64,000 nt of DNA from Chrysomallon squamiferum. Lineage: Eukaryota > Animalia > Mollusca. Each line of letters opens with the position of its first letter. The stretch's first letter is position 1. This document shows, piece by piece, positions 61,655 to 64,000 of the stretch. Under the pieces are notes generated by a model. That model worked only from the letters and a program-made list of their open reading frames with translations. It ran no database searches and had not been told where the DNA came from. A program made the position numbers and the translations under genes. Location: positions 2,480,001 to 2,544,000 of the forward strand of contig CM022674.1 of assembly GCA_012295275.1 (NCBI GenBank). The letters are read 5' to 3'.

Positions 61655-62600
61655 GATAGCTATGAACTGTGCGTAAGCTATTTATGAACTGTCAGTAAGC
61701 TATCTATGAACGGTCAATAAGATATCTATGAACGGTCAATAAGCTATCTATGAACTGTCAGTAAGATACTTAAAAGCTGTCAGTAAGATATATATGAACT
61801 ATCAGTAAATTATTTACGAGCTGTTTGTAAGATACTATAAACTGTCAGTAAGCTATCAGTGAACTGTCAGTAAGTTATTAATGAACTGTTAGATTGATAT
61901 CTATGAATTATCAGTAAGCTATTTATAAACTGTCAGTAAGTTATCTATGAACTGTCAGTAAGTTATCTATGAACTATCAGTAGGATATCTATGACTTGTC
62001 AGAATGCTGTCTATGAACTGTAAATAAGCTATCTAAGAACTGTCAGTAAACTATCAGCTGTCAGTAAGCTATCTATAAACTGTCAGTAAGCTATGAACTG
62101 TCAGTATGTTGTCTATGAACTGTCAGTAAGCTATCTATAAACTGTCAGTAAGCTATCTATGAATTGTCAGTAAGCTATTTGTTAACTGTCAGTAAGCTAT
62201 CTATGAACTGCCAGTAAGCTTTGATTAACTGTCAGTAAGTTATCTATGAACGGTCGGTAAGCTATCTCTGAAATGTCAGTTAGATATCTATGAACCCTCA
62301 ATAAGATATCTATGAACTGTTTGTAAAATATCTATGAATTGTTAGTAAGTTATCAATGAATTGTCAGTAAGTTATCTATGATTTGTCAGTAAGTTATCTA
62401 TGAACTGTCAGTAAGCTATCTATGAACTGTCAGTAGGATAACTATGAACTGTTTGTAAAATACCTATGAACTGTCAGTAATCTATTTATAATCTGTAAGT
62501 CAGTTATCTATGAATTCACAGTAAGTTATCTAAGATTTGTCAGTAAGTTACCTATGAATTGTCAGTAGGATGTCTATGAACTGTCAGGGAGCTGTCAGGG
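61655..62600. repeat. 22-bp satellite (GAACTGTCAGTAAGCTATCTAT)n, ~40 diverged copies
   Basis: Period of 22 (61686, 61708, 61730 ...); decayed units also at 61228-61350 on the other side of a (TA)n/(TATG)n tract. Confidence 0.95.
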
Positions 62601-63227
62601 AATCGACTTGTACATTGAAATTCTTTTTATTTGGGAATCATTTTGTTTTGATGTAAAGTTTTTGTAGGTGACAACGAAATCTATATGTTGGTGCCTACTA
62701 TCAAGGGGAGTGGTGAACCGAGAAATAATATTTTTTAAAAAAGTCAGCTTCATTTAGATTTTAATATTATTTACCATTGCAGGATAAAAGAAAAAACTGA
62801 TTATTGTTCTGTTAGTCTATCCTTCGGAGGAGGCATCCATATTGCAAGACAGCAACCAGTTATTTCATATATACATATTAATATAAGACATTTATATTAC
62901 AATAACAAATTTACCAGTTGCTTCTTGCGATATCTAAGAATAAATTTTAGTTTGCAATATTTTCCGAAAGTGAATAAGAAAATGACTCTGCCGCTCTTTG
63001 TCTAAAGTTTGCATTTTGAAAGTCTGTCATTTGAATTAAAATGTTCAATGGTCTGAAGCCTAAAAACTAAAATGCAGGTTTCAGTAAAATAAAGGGTTTT
63101 TTTTTAATTTTGCAACATTTTTAGATGATTTTAGTGAATTCGGCGAAATCCAGATCCCTGACTTTTGTTTCAATCGATCTAAAAGTTCTTACCCAAATTC
63201 AGCAGTACCCGATGTATAATTTATTTG

Positions 63228-63283
<56 letters not shown>

Positions 63284-63532
63284 TTTCTTGGCATATCTAG
63301 TATATCTCTGTTGTTATTTGCTGTTACTGTTGTTTGTTTTATTATTGTTATTACTGTTTATGCCGACCCCCCGTGTACTAACCATCCATGAGTCAACGTT
63401 CTAACAAAATACGTAATAACGTACGTCATTAATTTGCACGTCCTAGTTAATATTCTTGTTGGCATAGAGACATGACGTAAGTAGAGAGAACCAGTTTTAT
63501 TAATTTTATTTTTATTACTCTGTTCGTTTTAA

Positions 63533-63585
<53 letters not shown>

Positions 63586-64000
63586 AAAAAAAATGTCTGA
63601 AATATTTATTTATCGATAAATTCAGTACGTCATTCATCAATTGATTCTTTGATTCATGTATTGCTTATCTTATTGGTTTATCCATTTATAAGCACTCATT
63701 CTTCAGCGTATAATAACAATAATAATAGAAGAAATAACATGAAAATAGATAAAGCTTGTTTTATTTTGTATTTCTGGGATTCGACAATACTTGGAATCGA
63801 CGTTCGAAACGCACATAAATGATTTATGAATTAATGCTCAGTTTAATGAATTCGCCAGTATGAAAGGGAAAATTTTTTTTTTACAAAAAAGCAAAAACAA
63901 AAAATTAAATAAAATTACAAACATAACAAAATTTTTTTTTTTAAATTTAAAAAATAATAACAAAAATTAATAAAACAAATTTACGTAAACAACAACAGCA

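Overview
Eukaryotic, very AT-rich and microsatellite-saturated animal DNA, probably an invertebrate such as a mollusc (inferred from style and gene content, not proven). Only one protein-coding gene is well supported: an intronless, GC-rich class A aminergic GPCR at 16861-18042 (+) with diagnostic 5-HT6 receptor motifs. Almost all other ORFs in the track are translations of simple repeats. The rest is a repeat landscape. (i) A modular repeat family (unique block, optional 62-bp tandem array, GC-rich hairpin/G4 segment, conserved block, (CT)n tail) occurs four times. Two array-bearing copies form a large inverted pair (25.7-27.1 kb and 37.6-39.3 kb), two copies lack the array through the same deletion, and two sit in a head-to-tail macro-repeat (35.4-39.9 kb). 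(ii) An internally deleted Tigger/pogo-type DNA transposon directly abuts a foldback structure with ~345-bp inverted arms. (iii) A ~3.26-kb-spaced tandem duplication carries a TATA+Inr promoter and a short peptide-like ORF, and the second copy looks degraded. (iv) There are minisatellites of 5, 18, 19, 22, 41, 58 and 60 bp and a tRNA-derived SINE-like fragment. No CRISPR array, rRNA or intact tRNA is supported.
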